Positions 26,090-40,754 of a DNA stretch of 64,000 nucleotides are shown here, piece by piece. Positions within the stretch are counted from its first letter, which is position 1, and the number at the start of each line of letters is the position of its first letter. Made by a program: the position numbers and the translations under genes. A model generated the notes under the pieces. The model searched no databases. It was not told the DNA's origin and saw nothing but the letters and a program-made list of their open reading frames with translations. The stretch is from Chrysomallon squamiferum (lineage: Eukaryota; Animalia; Mollusca). The stretch is from positions 2,604,001-2,668,000 of the forward strand of contig CM022667.1 of NCBI GenBank assembly GCA_012295275.1. The letters run 5' to 3'.

Positions 26090-28325
26090 TTGAACATACT
26101 TTAAAAATTAAAAACTGTCTTTCTGCTATATATAGGCAGAAATAAAATAAGACAATGAGAAAAGCATTTTAAAAGTAAAAGTGCACCACCTTTGTGATAA
26201 ATTCACTGCATTTAGAAAAACAACAAAAAAACATTTTTAAAGACTTTCTCTACTGTCTTCATTATCAAGAGATCAAATAAAATGCTTAAAACTAAAATAC
26301 TGATATTAATCATAGAAAAAAAACACAAAAACAAACAAAGAAATTTTTCAAAATATTTAAATTTCTACCTAAAAATGAACATAATTTTCATGACATATTT
26401 AGATAGGAGTAAATTTCTTCTGTAATTTCAGAAATATTAATGTTTTCCTAATGTTGATTAGTTATTTCAATAGATGTATATCCAAATTACAGTTGAGACA
26501 CTTGTCACTTATTTTGTGAGTGCATCTGTGAGAACTAATACTGTTTAATCTTGTTTAATTTTTATATGATTTTAAAAATTCGACACATATATATTTTTTT
26601 TAAAGTATGCTGTTCAGTAACCATGTATTTTTAAGATTTTCATGCAGTTACCCATAAAACATAATAATAAATAATCTCATTGTTCATACCATGTTTTACA
26701 TTAAAAATAACTGTCTGTTAATACTGGTCATGTTTGTGGGTTTAAATACAGTCTACAATATTGCTGTATTTAGGAAGAACTATTTGTTTACAATTTTACT
26801 TCAGACAAGGTTTTCGTAGAAACTAACGGATAGTGAAAAAAACAAAGAATGTTCACATTAAAACACAGACAAATGTATGAAATGTTATTTTTTTTTCTTA
26901 AGTTTTCACTGCTGCCATTTTTTTAGTGTACAAATACATACACAAGTTTTTGATACTCATTATCTCAAGTGAAATAAATGATAAAAATTTAATAATATCA
27001 CCAAAATAATATAAAAATTTAGAGTTTAGATAGCACAAATATTTACTATTTATCTAGTAGCTATTTTCTACTGAAGCAGTTTTGAAAAAAAAAAAAAAAA
27101 AAAAAGTAAAACTGCAGTGAAATAAACAAAAATTAAAAAACCAAGTATAAAAATGGAAACTGTTTAAAACAAATAAAATTCTAACAGTCTAGTCTACATG
27201 CATTTTTTAAGTGCCTCAATGTGTAAAATACTGAAATATTTTAGTATATCTCACACATTCAAATTTATTAAAAACAAAAAATAAAATTCTAAAGGCTGCA
27301 CCTGTTCTTTAATCTGTTAAAGAAAAAAAACAAACAAAAAAGAACAAATATAAGAGGTAAAAAATAAAAGAAATAATAAGCTTTTAGCCTATTGTTTGCA
27401 TGAATAGATCATGACTTTTCTTCATTTTCCAAATGTGAAATATTCACCGGATCTCAGTGATCTTTGGAAACAATTTTAAAACAACAAAACACAGGAAAAA
27501 CAACATGGTAGAAATGCTCGTATCGAGCTGATTCTGTCGTCATATTCATCTGATTCATTAACTATTTCATCACTAAACTAGATCATTTTGTCTTTAAACT
27601 GATCTAAATAGCTAATGCTGGAAAACAGTTCATATCTACTTCAAACAAATCCAAAGTGATATTTAAACAATCTATTTTCACACTAATCTGGAGAGTTAAT
27701 ACCATGTCTGAAAAACAGATAATCTTTGTCTCAGTTTTAATAATAAAAGTTAATCACACCATTTGAAAAACAGATGATCACTATCCTGAAGTTAATCGTA
27801 AAATAGTCCAGATAAATGACCTTCAAATTAATATTACTCCAATCATATTCATGGTCTGTCTTCATTCCAGTTTGAAGAATGAATCTTTTAATCTGAAAGA
27901 CAAATTAACTTCGTTGAGGTGTAACTTAAGTAAAATCATTGAAATTTTATTTATCTTTAAACTCAACAGAAGTAAATTAAAATTGAAAAATTTAATAATT
28001 CCAAATAAAATGACAAACTAAAAACAAAATAAAATAAATTAACCACCACACTGAAACAGCTCTTAAGTATATAAACAATGTCTAAACAAAGGTTAGCAAA
28101 GTTCTTGATCTTAAATCCCTAGAAAATATTTTTAAAAAAACAAAATTTGTTAGTTTTCAAATCAGACAAGGTAAAGCATGTTACAGTAAACACATTTTAT
28201 AAAAATTTACATCTAGATTGGAACTGAAAAATATTTAAAGTATGGTAAATTTTATGAAATTCAGGTTCCCAGAGTGAATTTAGCATCTGCTTACATCTGA
28301 CAGACATCAGTGATAAAAACATTTT

Positions 28326-31300
28326 CTAGTCAATGTCGTCGTCCATCAAGTCCATGCTGACGTCAGCTCCAACCTCAGAGTTGCCATACGGAACTGACGA
28401 ACTGTAATAATGAATATTTATAATGTATTTATATTATGTTAATTACCATCTGACAATAATATAATTATCCAGAAAAAATTATCCAGAGTGTTTGTAGGTT
28501 TTATTTTAATTTATGTTTTCCACACAAAATTTATATTAAAAAAATATATTAGATAATAATAATAATAATGCTAAAAATAATAATAATAATAAAGTATAAA
28601 ACTGACATGTTAATATTTTGTATTTAAAAATGTACAATATTTAAAAAAAATAAGAATAATTCTTTTTATACTATTGTCTTTAGAAGTTCATTCTGACTTC
28701 TGTTTATTCCTGTAAATTGTTTTTATACTATTGTCTTTAGAAGTTCATTCTGACTTCTGTTTATTCCTGTAGATTGTTTTTATAAAACATAGTTCATTAC
28801 TAATTAAGAATTAAATTTGTTTTATTACTATTATTTTAAAAAAATGTTTATACCTTGTTGATCTGCAAGTAAAGAAAACTATTCTTTTCATCTTCTTGTT
28901 ATAAAAGAAGTAGTTGAAGGACCAGATACAGCCTTCTTCACCATAAGGGTCAGAGGCAAGATCTGGGTTGTAGCTGGGGGAAAAAAAAAAATATATATAT
29001 ATAAAGACACTATATAACTTAAACAGAGTGCAATATACTGTAGCTTTATTGGAATATTTATTTACAAACACATTGTAATATAAAGTTATCTGATGCCTAA
29101 TGTAATGACATGAGAGAGAAAATCTGCTATTGTCCCTGTAATATATTATCATTACTCATCAAAACAATCCGGTAGCAAAAATAGCATATCCTACATGTGT
29201 ACCTGAAATCTATCAGAAAAGTGAAAATAAATTATTTTTTATTTTACTTCTTTAGAATGGATTGTTCAGATTGATAAGTAACCATTAAAACAAAAAATAG
29301 ATTACATTCCTGTATGTTTCTAATACACTGAATCAATCACCTGCATATATTTAATAAACAACATTTAATCAAAAGAATAATAGCAAAAAATAATATAAAT
29401 AGTCTATACCTGAATTTTCTTGAGAAAATTAAAAATATATTAAATAGCAATACATGATCTGTCTCAGAGAAGTTAAAACCTAGATTATTTACTAACAAAT
29501 ATTTCTGTTTGGACTGCACATATGAAATAATTCAAAAGTCTGGACAAAAGTAAATTTACCTGTACACATCACAGTCTTGTAGATTGATTTCTTCTTCAAT
29601 AGCTGCCCAAAGAAGAGGTTTCAGAGTTCCATAAGAATCTCCTACTGTAGCAAAAAGTTGAGTGTCTATGGCATTTGCAACCCACTACAAGGGAAAAAAC
29701 ATTTATTCAATGAGGTGTATGTTTTTGTGGAAATTATAATTAATCTTAATTGAATAGCATAAAAAATAAAAGGTTTTCTTTGATGAACATGGAAAAAAAT
29801 CAATCAATTTAAATACACACACATCTATATTTGAGAAATTTATTTAACATCTGAAACAGTATTTTCTTATCAAGGTTTTACGATTTTGCACATTTAGGAA
29901 AAATAATTACAAAATAATTACAGTAATTATGACAAACCTCAGCACTCGGTTCTCGACTAAACTCTTCACTCTTGGCGTTGCTGAAATCGTAATCAGGATT
30001 GAAGGAGGCGTTCAGAGTAGATATGAGATAAAACAACGTCTTGGTAGAGATTGTATCACAGAGATAACCTTCATATTCATAACTGTGCTGCCTGTGAAAA
30101 TAACAAATCTTTTTAATTTTAATGTTTTCTTTCTTTTTTACTTTCTTTATTAATAACTCACAGTTGCAACTGAATCTCCAAATTCTTAACCATGTTATTT
30201 AAGAAAACAACTGAAAATAGTTATATTATCTTTATTTCTTCTTCTTCTTCTTCTTCTAGTTATTTTTAACTGTATTTCAGCAAAAAAGTTTACAAACGAA
30301 TCTGAACTAGTAATAAGAATAAATGAAACCGATACATTACATAGAATTGTATATATACATATTGATCAAAATATATTTAAACTGTTAAAAAATATAGCTT
30401 GTTAGAATTAGATTATCTCAACAAAATAACCATAATTAATGATATATAACTGAATATTTATTTGGGGAGGTTTGAAATAAAAGTCATCAAATTAATACAA
30501 AACAGAAACAGAATTCTTGACAATATCATAAAGGTTCATTATGAATAAAGTAATGATTAAAAATAATAGAGTCCCCAATTGTTTTTTTTAAGAGAGATTA
30601 AAATAGATTAACCAACCTGACAGGGCTGTGTGACAGAGTGCTCTGCGGTGGGGAGAGAGCCTGCAACCCTGCTGTTGCGTGTCCACCCTCATTAGCCTCG
30701 ACATTTAAACTCTTGAAAAGACGTTTATCATTTCCTGCCATCTTGCAGGAATAACTTTCAATCCTTAAGAAAGAATAAATAAATGTAAAATAATTCTTGT
30801 AAATAACAAGAGCATAGAGACAAACTATAAAAAATAATAATGATGTAAACAAATAATTTCAAACAGTAAAAGTGAATATCTTACCTAAAGAATGTTATTG
30901 TGTGTTCATTATCAGAAAATACTACACTACAACACAACATTACCAAACATAATAAATAATAAATAAACTAAAATATTTAAATAATAATATTGTTAAAAGT
31001 CTTACATCTCTTGTCAAAAAAATTCAGCAGCAATTGTTACTATTTTGTTATCAGTATATAATCAGTGTGAAGCTATTTATGTATGTCTGCCTCAGTGTGC
31101 TGTAGCTCAGTAACTATAATGCACATATATAAGTTTTATATATTACATGTATAAGTTTTAAGATCAATCTTTCTCTGTGAGATTTTTTCCCATTCCAGTT
31201 AATGCCCCACAACTAGTTGATTAAAGATAAATGTGCTTTTCTCTCTTTAGAAACTTGATGAAAATGATCCCTTTCTCATGTCTTTAGCTATTTTCTCTCT

Positions 31301-32030
31301 CTTAATCATATCAATATCATGGTACAAATAAGTTATAATATAACTTATATTCAACACCTTATAACCAACCATACACATTGATATATAAATCATCTAATCC
31401 AGTAAGTTGTAATTATATTAATTTGTATCATTGTATGGCAGCGTAAATTAAAAAAATAAACTAACAATTATAAAAAAATAATGACAGGTTTCTTATCACA
31501 GTAATCATAGTGAAATATATGAAATGCAAATGCAGTTATCTATCAGTTTTCTTTTCAAGTATATATAGTAATATGTACATAATCAGGTTAGATGACAATA
31601 TTTTTATGTAAATAACATATTTATGTCATGTGACACTTTAATAAACAATGAAATACTGACACCCAAAAAATGAAATACTGTTTACGTGTGACCTGTTATA
31701 TTGTATTTTTCAAATAATGTTCATTGGGAAAATAATTAATTATTTGAATTTTAACTTTACTGGGACCTACTTCCTGGATTACAAAAGGAATCATTCACTT
31801 GTGAAAAACAAAGTAGTATCAATTAAATAAAATTTAAAAAAGAACATGGAAATAATTGTTACTAAAAGATTAAAACATCAATGAACACTTTATAAATGTT
31901 TTATATATATATATTTATATATATAAATAATAATAGAAGTGACATACCTTCCATCAATTCTGCAGTTTTCAAGGTCAAAACATAGTGCAGAATTCACAGC
32001 CTCAAACTTAGAATTTTCCAGCAGTTTCAT
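28326..32030 (-). CDS. MAF1: Repressor of RNA polymerase III transcription MAF1, 234 aa
   Basis: Exons 32030-31948, 30763-30617, 30091-29938, 29684-29560, 28973-28854 and 28401-28326, in frame, GT-AG. Motifs: [120 protein letters not shown], acidic tail. Confidence 0.97.
28663..28783. repeat. 59-bp tandem duplication in the last coding intron of MAF1
   Basis: tttttatactattgtctttagaagttcattctgacttctgtttattcctgta.attg occurs twice. Confidence 0.9.
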
Positions 32031-32199
32031 TCTGATGATATTTCTCCTCTTACTGTTCTGTTCAAACGGGCAAATTGTGTATTGAGTCAAATGCTTTGTA
32101 ATTCTATTTATATTAATATTTAAAACATATAACAATAAAATTAAGTTTGACACTTAACTTTCATTTCAAGTCACTGATGTTTTGAAAAATGTATGCAAT

Positions 32200-33200
32200 T
32201 TAAAAAAAATTATCAACACGATAAATACGGTGAAAAAATTAAACTGTTCAAAATGTTTGTATTTCTTAATGACGATAAATGTCTGTGACTTCTACTGTCT
32301 TGTTCTTGGTACACTGGTATACACAGAGCAAAAACCATGTCTTCTTTTTGAAAGTAAACAATCGCCATCAAACTGACCAAAATCAGCTGTCACTGTAATT
32401 CGCGCTTTACTGCCTCCACTTTTCCAATAAATATGAAAACGAATGACACATATAGTCAACAAGGTACACAGAGGGTAATTAATCAAAGTTATCTATTATA
32501 GAATGTAACTTTTGATCGTCCTTTTCGGTATTTCTTTTTTCTATTTCGACAAGAAAAACAACAACTTAGTTTTTCCTTCTAAAAATAACCTTTCGTTTGG
32601 ATTTTCTTTACCAGTTTACCCACAATTCCTCTGTTCGACTATATCCGCCAATTCGGCAATACACAGTCCTGTTAAGTTTCGGACAAGTTTATTTACCCAA
32701 ATTTGCGTTATTTTTTTACAGTTGATGTAACAGACATAGTCGAAAATGATATTCTTGTGTTGGATAATTAATAGCTGCCGAAGACTTAATAGAGTTTGAT
32801 TACACGTATAAAAGGTAGTATAAGAATATCATCATTGATTAATATTAGTTATTACCTATGAAGTTTCAGTTTGACTCTTGGTTAGTTATTGATAAATGAG
32901 TCACGTAAAAGTTTCCTCAATTTCATGTTTCATTTTCCATAGTAAAACGGATACGTTACACATTCGTGATTACGTAATAACAAATTATATATTAATATCT
33001 AAAACGTAAGTTCTAAATGTAGAATGTTATTTTAGCTCTTTTTTTTTTAAAAGGAAAAAAATTACTTCCTCAATAGGGGTTCAATAGCATTAGCTTAATT
33101 AACATAATATTAGTGAAAGTCTAAAAGTTAATTTAAAAGAAAAAAAAAGCTTATTGGGACAATATTATAGTTTATTTCGTTGTCCTTGGCACTGCTGCTG
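32200..33200. promoter_or_regulatory. Putative bidirectional promoter between MAF1 (-) and the SHARPIN/RBCK1-like gene (+)
   Basis: The start codons are 1.5 kb apart and divergent. CpG is locally retained inside otherwise CpG-poor DNA. A candidate + strand UTR-exon donor (gtaagt) lies at 33006 and an acceptor at 33498. Confidence 0.6.
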
Positions 33201-33549
33201 AGAAATAATTAATATTTACTGTCAAAGATTCAAATTAAATGAAACTGGCAGTGAAATATTTAATTTTACCTTAATAATTTAGTTACAATAAACCAATATT
33301 TTAGTTTTTTGTTTCATTGTATGTTAATCCTTTAATCACATGCATATATTTATAAAAAAACTACATGCACAAAAATTAAAGATTAGGTTAAAATAATAAT
33401 AATAATAACAATTAAAAAAGTATTTATTTGTTACTGCTTATTATTTATCATTTTTGGTTGATTGCGCTTATTTTTATAATAATTTTATTCTTCATCAGAT
33501 TCAAACTGAACACACAAAAAAACAAAACCCCCAAAACTAATTTCCCGAT

Positions 33550-36500
33550 ATGGCATCTGCAGCACAACCTTTGATGTACCCAGACCTTGTAAGTAATCCA
33601 TCATTCAACCAGTCTATGGAGAATATGGACCACAGCCGCAACCAAAAATATCAGCTGACCAGCTGAAACACTTGTCCACCCTTTTAGAGACAGCTGTACA
33701 GACTGGGGAAGTAGACAAGGCATGTAAACTGGCAGAGCAGCTCGCTAGAGAAAAGGTCAAGATCAGCATAGAACTGGATGCACAAGCTTACGAAAACAGA
33801 ATGAAAGAACAAAGTTTCAGGTGAGAAATAACTGATATCGTTTTTTTTGTCTGAATGTTGATTCATCTGTCCTTCCTTCATTATTTTTGTTCATCTTGCT
33901 ACCATATCTGTTCTTGTGTATGTGTGTCTGCATGTGCGTATGTATATGTGTACACAGTTCACCTACATCATTATTATTTTTTTCCACCATTCATTCATTC
34001 ATTCTTCTATGCTTTTTCTATCTTTAATTGATTAAAATTTGAAATGTTCTGTGTAATTCGTTTTGTAATTCATTCATCTTTGATATCATCTATTTTATAT
34101 ATCAGCTAGTCAATGCTCTTAATTTTCAATAAATTAATTTAAAAAAAAATTTCTTGAAATAAATGAAACATAAACAAAATATTGTTAAAACTTGCTCTTG
34201 AATTTGTTATAGACAAAATATTAAGAAAATTATGACATTATTCCCTTCGAAGTAGTAGAAAATATGGAAAACTATTTCAATAGCACATTCAGTTAAAAAG
34301 TGATATCATAGTTTATCAGAATCTCAGAAGGGTATCCAGTTTATGTTGTTAATTTTATATAATCGTCAGGTGTTTTGCAGAAAAAGTACAATAATTTAAT
34401 GTGTCTACAATGATATTTTTTTTAAAGTTTATTTTATTTTGTTCTCATGGATTCAGTTTGAAGGTGATCATAGAAGACCGACAGTCGACTGGAACCTCTA
34501 TTTATTTGACAGTGAAGTCAAGTGATACAATCTCTGATTTAAAAAAGAGGGTATGTGTTTTCTTTTGTATTATTTATTGTCAAAGGGCAGAGCATAAAAC
34601 TCACAGGGCTATAACAGTCTGACCAGTCACCAGATTTTAAGGACATAATAAATATCTTGTTAATAAATCAATTAACAAGTTTTTTCAACAGTAAAATGTT
34701 TAAACATTTCATGCAGTATTGCTATCATTTTTCATATCTTCCCTTCTGGTGAATGTTGAGAAAGTCATTTCATTTCATTTTATCAATTAAAGTGTTAAAA
34801 TAATTCATTTATTAATGAGAAATAAGTAAAATAAGACTTGTTTAGCAGTCAGTGGTCAGTGTTTTATATCAGTATTTCGAGCAGTTAGCCATCAGAGTCC
34901 AGTGTTGTTACACCCTGCCAATATCAGTATTTGGAACAGAGTACCAATTTATCCTGAAAAATGAAATGTTTTTAAGTTGTTGGGTTGATGTGTCTCTAAC
35001 AGTATTATTTGTTTGTTTGATTTGATTTTTTTAACAATTTTTCAGATGATGCTCATCTACAATGTACCAATGGAAGTTCAGAAATGGATTATCGGCATGC
35101 GAGTTTGTGAGGACAAGAAGACATTACAACATTGCCAGGTCAAAGGTCATGGTTGTACTGCTTACCTGTATTTGATTACAGCCAAATCTGTTAACTTGGA
35201 TAAAAACACATACGAGACAACCAGAGAAAATATAGGTAGGGAATATGTTCTCATTTTAATAGGCCGATTAGCATTTACCGTTGAAATTAGATATTTTAAA
35301 AATAAATTACTAGTATCATTATAAATTATCTCAATAAATGTTTTGAGGCAATTCGATTTTTATTTGTTTATTGTTAATAACTTTAACACATCTTTTTTTA
35401 CTTAAATAATATTGGCTTGTTTATTTTTAAAGTTTGCCTGTAAACAAGGAGTCTAATTTACATAATATCCTATACTTTTAAGTCATTGTTTAAACATTGC
35501 AGAACCAACCCTTTAATATTAAAAAGTTTTTTAACTTTTTATTTTCATTGAGTAACAAAACATTTATTGTTTTTGTCTTGTAACATAATATTAATTATTT
35601 TCAACTAGTGATTTCATATTTATTATTTTGATCTAAAAATTCAGTTTTCATTTTCAAACAAGGTCATATTTTTATTACATATGTTGATAATAGATGTATT
35701 TAAAAAAACCTTTGTGTGTGTGTGTGTGTGTGAGTATATATATATATAAACATACATCTAAATAGTAAAATTGAGATAACTCAAGTGTCAATATCTTGAG
35801 TGGAAATCAGGTCCTGGCTTACTTCTGATATAAGTTAGTAGTAATGACCTTTGAATAATCAAATGTTGATACATTGAAAAGCTTTATTTACTCAAAGTCA
35901 TTTACAGTCCCAAACAACTGATTTAACAGAAATTGGCCTTTGAAAACTTGAAGTGTTTGAATGCTCAAGCTATTGTTTCCCTTGGTAAATAAGAACAATG
36001 GGTTGTTAATAAAGTGGAATGAAATAGGCCTGTCTGTCTCTCTTGTCTGTTTTATAGCATGTTAGTCTCTTGCATAACTGAAAGAACTTTTGTACTTAAT
36101 CAATGAAGTTAACTGATTGGTGTTTGTTTTGCTTACAAACGAGTATATTGTGTCAAACACAACAATGATGATGAGAGTACAGAATGGATAAAGAATACTG
36201 AAAAGAAAGTGGAATTGTGTGATAACCTCAGCTTGTATCTGTCAAACTGAGAATGTTTTCATGAAATGTTAATGACAATTACGGACAGATTAATGAAAGA
36301 TAGTTTTTTTGAGACACATTGCAAGCAGTTTTTCTTTGTTTCTTTTTTTTTTGTGGATAATCATATTTTCAACTGATTATTATTATTATTGGTTAATTGT
36401 TACATTTATGTCAGTAATAATATTTATAAGTAGAAGTATCAATTACTAATTTAATTATGGTGCCTTTTTTTTTCACAGAATGTTTGCAATTTAAAATATT

Positions 36501-37965
36501 TTTGTCATGTATATGGTTTAAAATAATTGTACTTACCATCTAGTGCCATTAAAACTTGTGTAAGGATTAATTACATTCTGCAACACTGAGAAATCCAAAA
36601 ATACATCAACTTGATATTTATTTCAGCATACAGATTTCAATAAATACATTTTCACGTATATGCATACATAATTTATGTGTACGTCTATGTGTCATATTTG
36701 TATCAAATTAATTAGAGTCATGACTTTTTTATTTTGTTATTTATTAGTTTACTAAATATAAAAGAGAGTTTTTCAGAAAAATATGAAATGTACCTTACTC
36801 ATCTGCTGGAGCTGCAGTGAATATTTAAAACACGGAAACTTGAGCTGTTTTTGCTGATCCCTTCCATCTTAACTTACCTAAGTTTGGCTGCACACACGCG
36901 CACGCACGCACTCACGCACGCACGCATGCGTCTGTATGATTGTGTGTATAATGAATATTTTTTGCTTTTGTTTTTAGCGACTGGAAGAATTGAACGACCC
37001 CCAGAAGTAAATGAATCAGGTTTGTATTTTTAAGAATTGAAAGTAAAGATTTGAGTTTAATCTTAATCAGGTACGTTTTCAATATATTTTGTTATTTTCA
37101 TATATGTAAAATGGCCAGATTATATGAATCACTGAATGACTGCATCATCAGTGGTGTCCAAATCTATTGAACAGAATCTATATAAAGTAGAAGTGACATT
37201 TAATATGGCACCTGAAAATATGTGCACATTTTTGCATGTGTAATGATCGGTATTTATGATTGTTCATGCCATAAATTCATTTATATGTGTGTATATTTTT
37301 GCAAGTATATTCATGTATATGTGTGTGCCTGTTCTTGTATGTGCTTCCATGTACAACATTTGTGTGTTCTTGTATATCTATTCACACATATGTTTGTTCA
37401 TTAAAGCTTATGTGTTCATGTATATTTGTTCATGTGTTCTTTACATGACAGAGACTGTGTAAACATTTATATAACTGTTCTACTTCAGATTACATGACAA
37501 TGGGAAATCCACAGCTGGTAACACCTTCAGCCAGTATCACTGAAAACTCAACCCAGTTGCAACAGGACACTGGTCAGAGGACTGGTGGTCAGTCTCCTAG
37601 AAACAGTGGGCCGTTGACAACTGCTGTTGGTGCACATGCATCACGCCTGTCATCAACCCTGTTAACAGCAGCACCACCACCACCACAATCACCACTACCA
37701 CCACCATTTCCATCACTACTACCAGCAGCACCAGCACCACCACTACTACCACCAGGACCACCTGCAGCAAAACAGACTAAGAAAACTGAAAAGCAAGTAA
37801 GTAAATGTGTGATGAGCTTCGACTGATAAATTAAATAGATTTTATTATAGTTATGGTTACCGTTTGTTATTAAAATATACCTCTGATAACTTAAGCAATA
37901 TAAGTGCAGTTTGAAATTTTTTTTCAATTGTTTTGTTGTTGTTGTTGTTGTTATTATTGTTGTTG

Positions 37966-38012
<47 letters not shown>

Positions 38013-38175
38013 TTTTTTTTTTTTTTAATTTGTGAACAACACACTGGATGACTAATCTTTATAATTGAAAATTTTAATTTTCATTAAACTAATAGGCTTC
38101 ATATTATTCTAAGGAATATTTTTTTAAAATTTTAATTTAAATAATAGACCAGTTATCACATTTTAAGAATATTAA

Positions 38176-38217
<42 letters not shown>

Positions 38218-38438
38218 AAATAGACCAGATGATAAAAAATAAATATTTTATTTTTGCAAAACAGATCGGCTGGGAGTGCCCAGGCTGTACGTTCATGAAC
38301 ATGCCACTGAGGCCTGGGTGCGAGATCTGTTCCACAGATAGACCGGTTGACTATCAGATCCCAGAGGGTTATGTCCCCTCAGAAAGAGAGCAAAGACTGA
38401 TGGCTCAGTCTTTAGAAGCTGATCGATTGGTTCAAGAG
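33550..38438 (+). CDS. RBCK1: LUBAC accessory subunit, HOIL-1(RBCK1)/SHARPIN family: LTM + UBL + Pro-rich linker + NZF (3' end not resolved)
   Basis: Exons: 33550-33820 (LTM-like [35 protein letters not shown]; frame discrepancy near 33589-33662); 34457-34550 and 35046-35235 (UBL: [10 protein letters not shown]...[19 protein letters not shown]...TAYLYLITA); 36978-37019; 37489-37796 (Pro-rich); 38265-38438 ([43 protein letters not shown], an NZF with a HOIL-1L-type tail). Intron phases are consistent. Orthology (RBCK1 vs SHARPIN) is uncertain. Confidence 0.85.
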
Positions 38439-39295
38439 GTCAGTAATGTTTATTAAAAAAAAAAAAAAAAAAAAAAAAAATATGGATTACTTTGTTCAGC
38501 TAATAGTTACAGAGTTTGAATAGGATCTGGTGTTTTGGGGGTTTGACTGTAATTCCTGTTATTTAGGATATTAAAAAAAGAAAAAAAAAAAAATCAAATT
38601 ATTAGCATTTTGAAAAGAAGAAGAAAATTACTAAATAATCATTGATATTATTTCTGATTTTTCAGTTTGGTGCATTACAAATACTGATTGTAATACGTTA
38701 TTATTAAAAAGGCAAAGCAAGTTACTAGGATCAGTAAAACAGTAAACTGACTTCACAGTGTCCTGAATTTTAAGTTTGTTACATTATAAGCTAAAAAGAT
38801 TTATTCTTGAAAAAAACAACACATATTGATATAGAGAGTCAGTAACAATATCCCTCCACATTTAATACAAACTTACTGTTTGCACGTATTCTGTTCTAAA
38901 TTGTAAAATGTTATGTGGGGTGAAAATATAACAGATGAACAATAAGAAATTTAGTCAAATGTGTCAATTTAAAAAAGAAAAAGAAAAAAAGAAAATTAAA
39001 AAGGAGGTTAAAGGAAGACAAAGTAAATAATAAATATAAGATAATGAATACAAATATAATTTAACAGATCATTAAAGCTCTAGCGTAAAATCTTTTATCA
39101 GAGACATTACCATAAATTAAAATCAGTTATTAACTGTAAATATAAAGCAGTCTTTGCAGTTAATATTTATATTTGTTATATAAAGAGACAGACCTTCACC
39201 TTTAATCCCTAGAACTGTAACAGATGAAATTATCGGCTTTGAATTAGAAGCATATATCTGAGCAGTCAAAATGTCAGTTATGAACTAGAGATGTG

Positions 39296-39487
39296 ACCTG
39301 AGTGAACAAAATATTGACTGCAAATTAGAGGCATCCATACCTGAGTGAACAAAATATTGACTTCAAATTAGAGGCATACATACCTGAGTGAACAAAATAT
39401 TGACTTCAAATTAGAGGCATACATACCTGAGTGAACAAAATATTGACTGCAAATTAGAGGCATACATACCTGAGTGAACAAAATATT
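39296..39487. repeat. 43-bp tandem repeat, ~4.5 copies
   Basis: acctgagtgaacaaaatattgact(g/t)caaattagaggcat(a/c)cat at 39296, 39339, 39382, 39425 and 39468 (partial). Confidence 0.95.
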
Positions 39488-40704
39488 CAGTTCTGATGAG
39501 GATGCACTTAGATATACAATTATCTATGTGGGAGTATCTTTGAATTGGGACAGGACAGCTCATGAGAACAGACTGACCAGATTGTTAGTGGTTGTAGTAA
39601 CAATGTTAGTAATGCAAACAATGGGCAGACAGTTACTGACACAGGAACCCAAGATGGGTGAACATCTGAACTTCAGCCATATTAGAGTTCTGGGGGTTTA
39701 AGACAACAATCTATAATTGCACAAATATTAGAGGATTAATCATTACATAATTTACTGGTAGGGCCAGAGGCTTGGGTGGTGACATTGTCACGTTTTCATT
39801 GAAGCATTATGATGGAATCAGATAAGAAATTGTGTTTTAACAGCTAGGTCATGTGCTGCTGATTGCTGTTGATTGCATTTTTAAAAAAATTCATTTAATG
39901 CTGACTTTTGTCTGATCAAAATTGGACCATTTTTTTTCAAGCAGAATGTTAAATTACATTTATGTTTGTTCTGTGGTTCCTTATTGTTTGAAAGTTGACT
40001 GAGGTTGAAATACAAGTAGTGTGTTTTCTTGGTTAGTCAGAGTAGAGATAGAGGTAGTGAACAGAAAACATTTCATCCTACATTGTTATCTTGTAGTTTA
40101 CATTCACATCATTTTACTTGCAGATAACTACATAATACGAAATAATTAATGTTAGTGGAAACATTTATGCATGTACCTTTGATTAGTTTTGCTGCACAAC
40201 TAAGATTGCATGGCATTTATTTGTAAACAGAACAAATGTTCTGGTGAGTTGTTTTTTTTAACAATTAATTAAAATGGCATTTTGACATTTTCTTGTTACT
40301 ATTTAGACATGGCTTTAACATTCATTTATTTGTTTTGTGTTGGATTGGAATTTTTTCATTGTCAGTATGTAATGATATATTCAATATTAACTGGGATAAA
40401 GTGATTCTTTATCACAATTATTCCTTTTGTACCAATATATTTTCCACTAATGAATTGCCCCTTAATTTTGGACTTTAAAATTCAGTTACTCTGGTTTGGG
40501 TGTCTGGAATTTTAAAATAGGTTAATACTGTGAAACTGTACTAATAGTGTATTTGGCTTTAAATTTTCAGCACATTTGCTGAAGTCTGAAAATACATCCA
40601 AGAGCCTGGTGTGTGTTTGTAAAGATGTAATAAATGAATAAATGGAAAGGAAAACAACTGTAGTGAAAAGGATTCTGGGTGAGATTGGGATGGCAATATT
40701 AACA

Positions 40705-40754
<50 letters not shown>

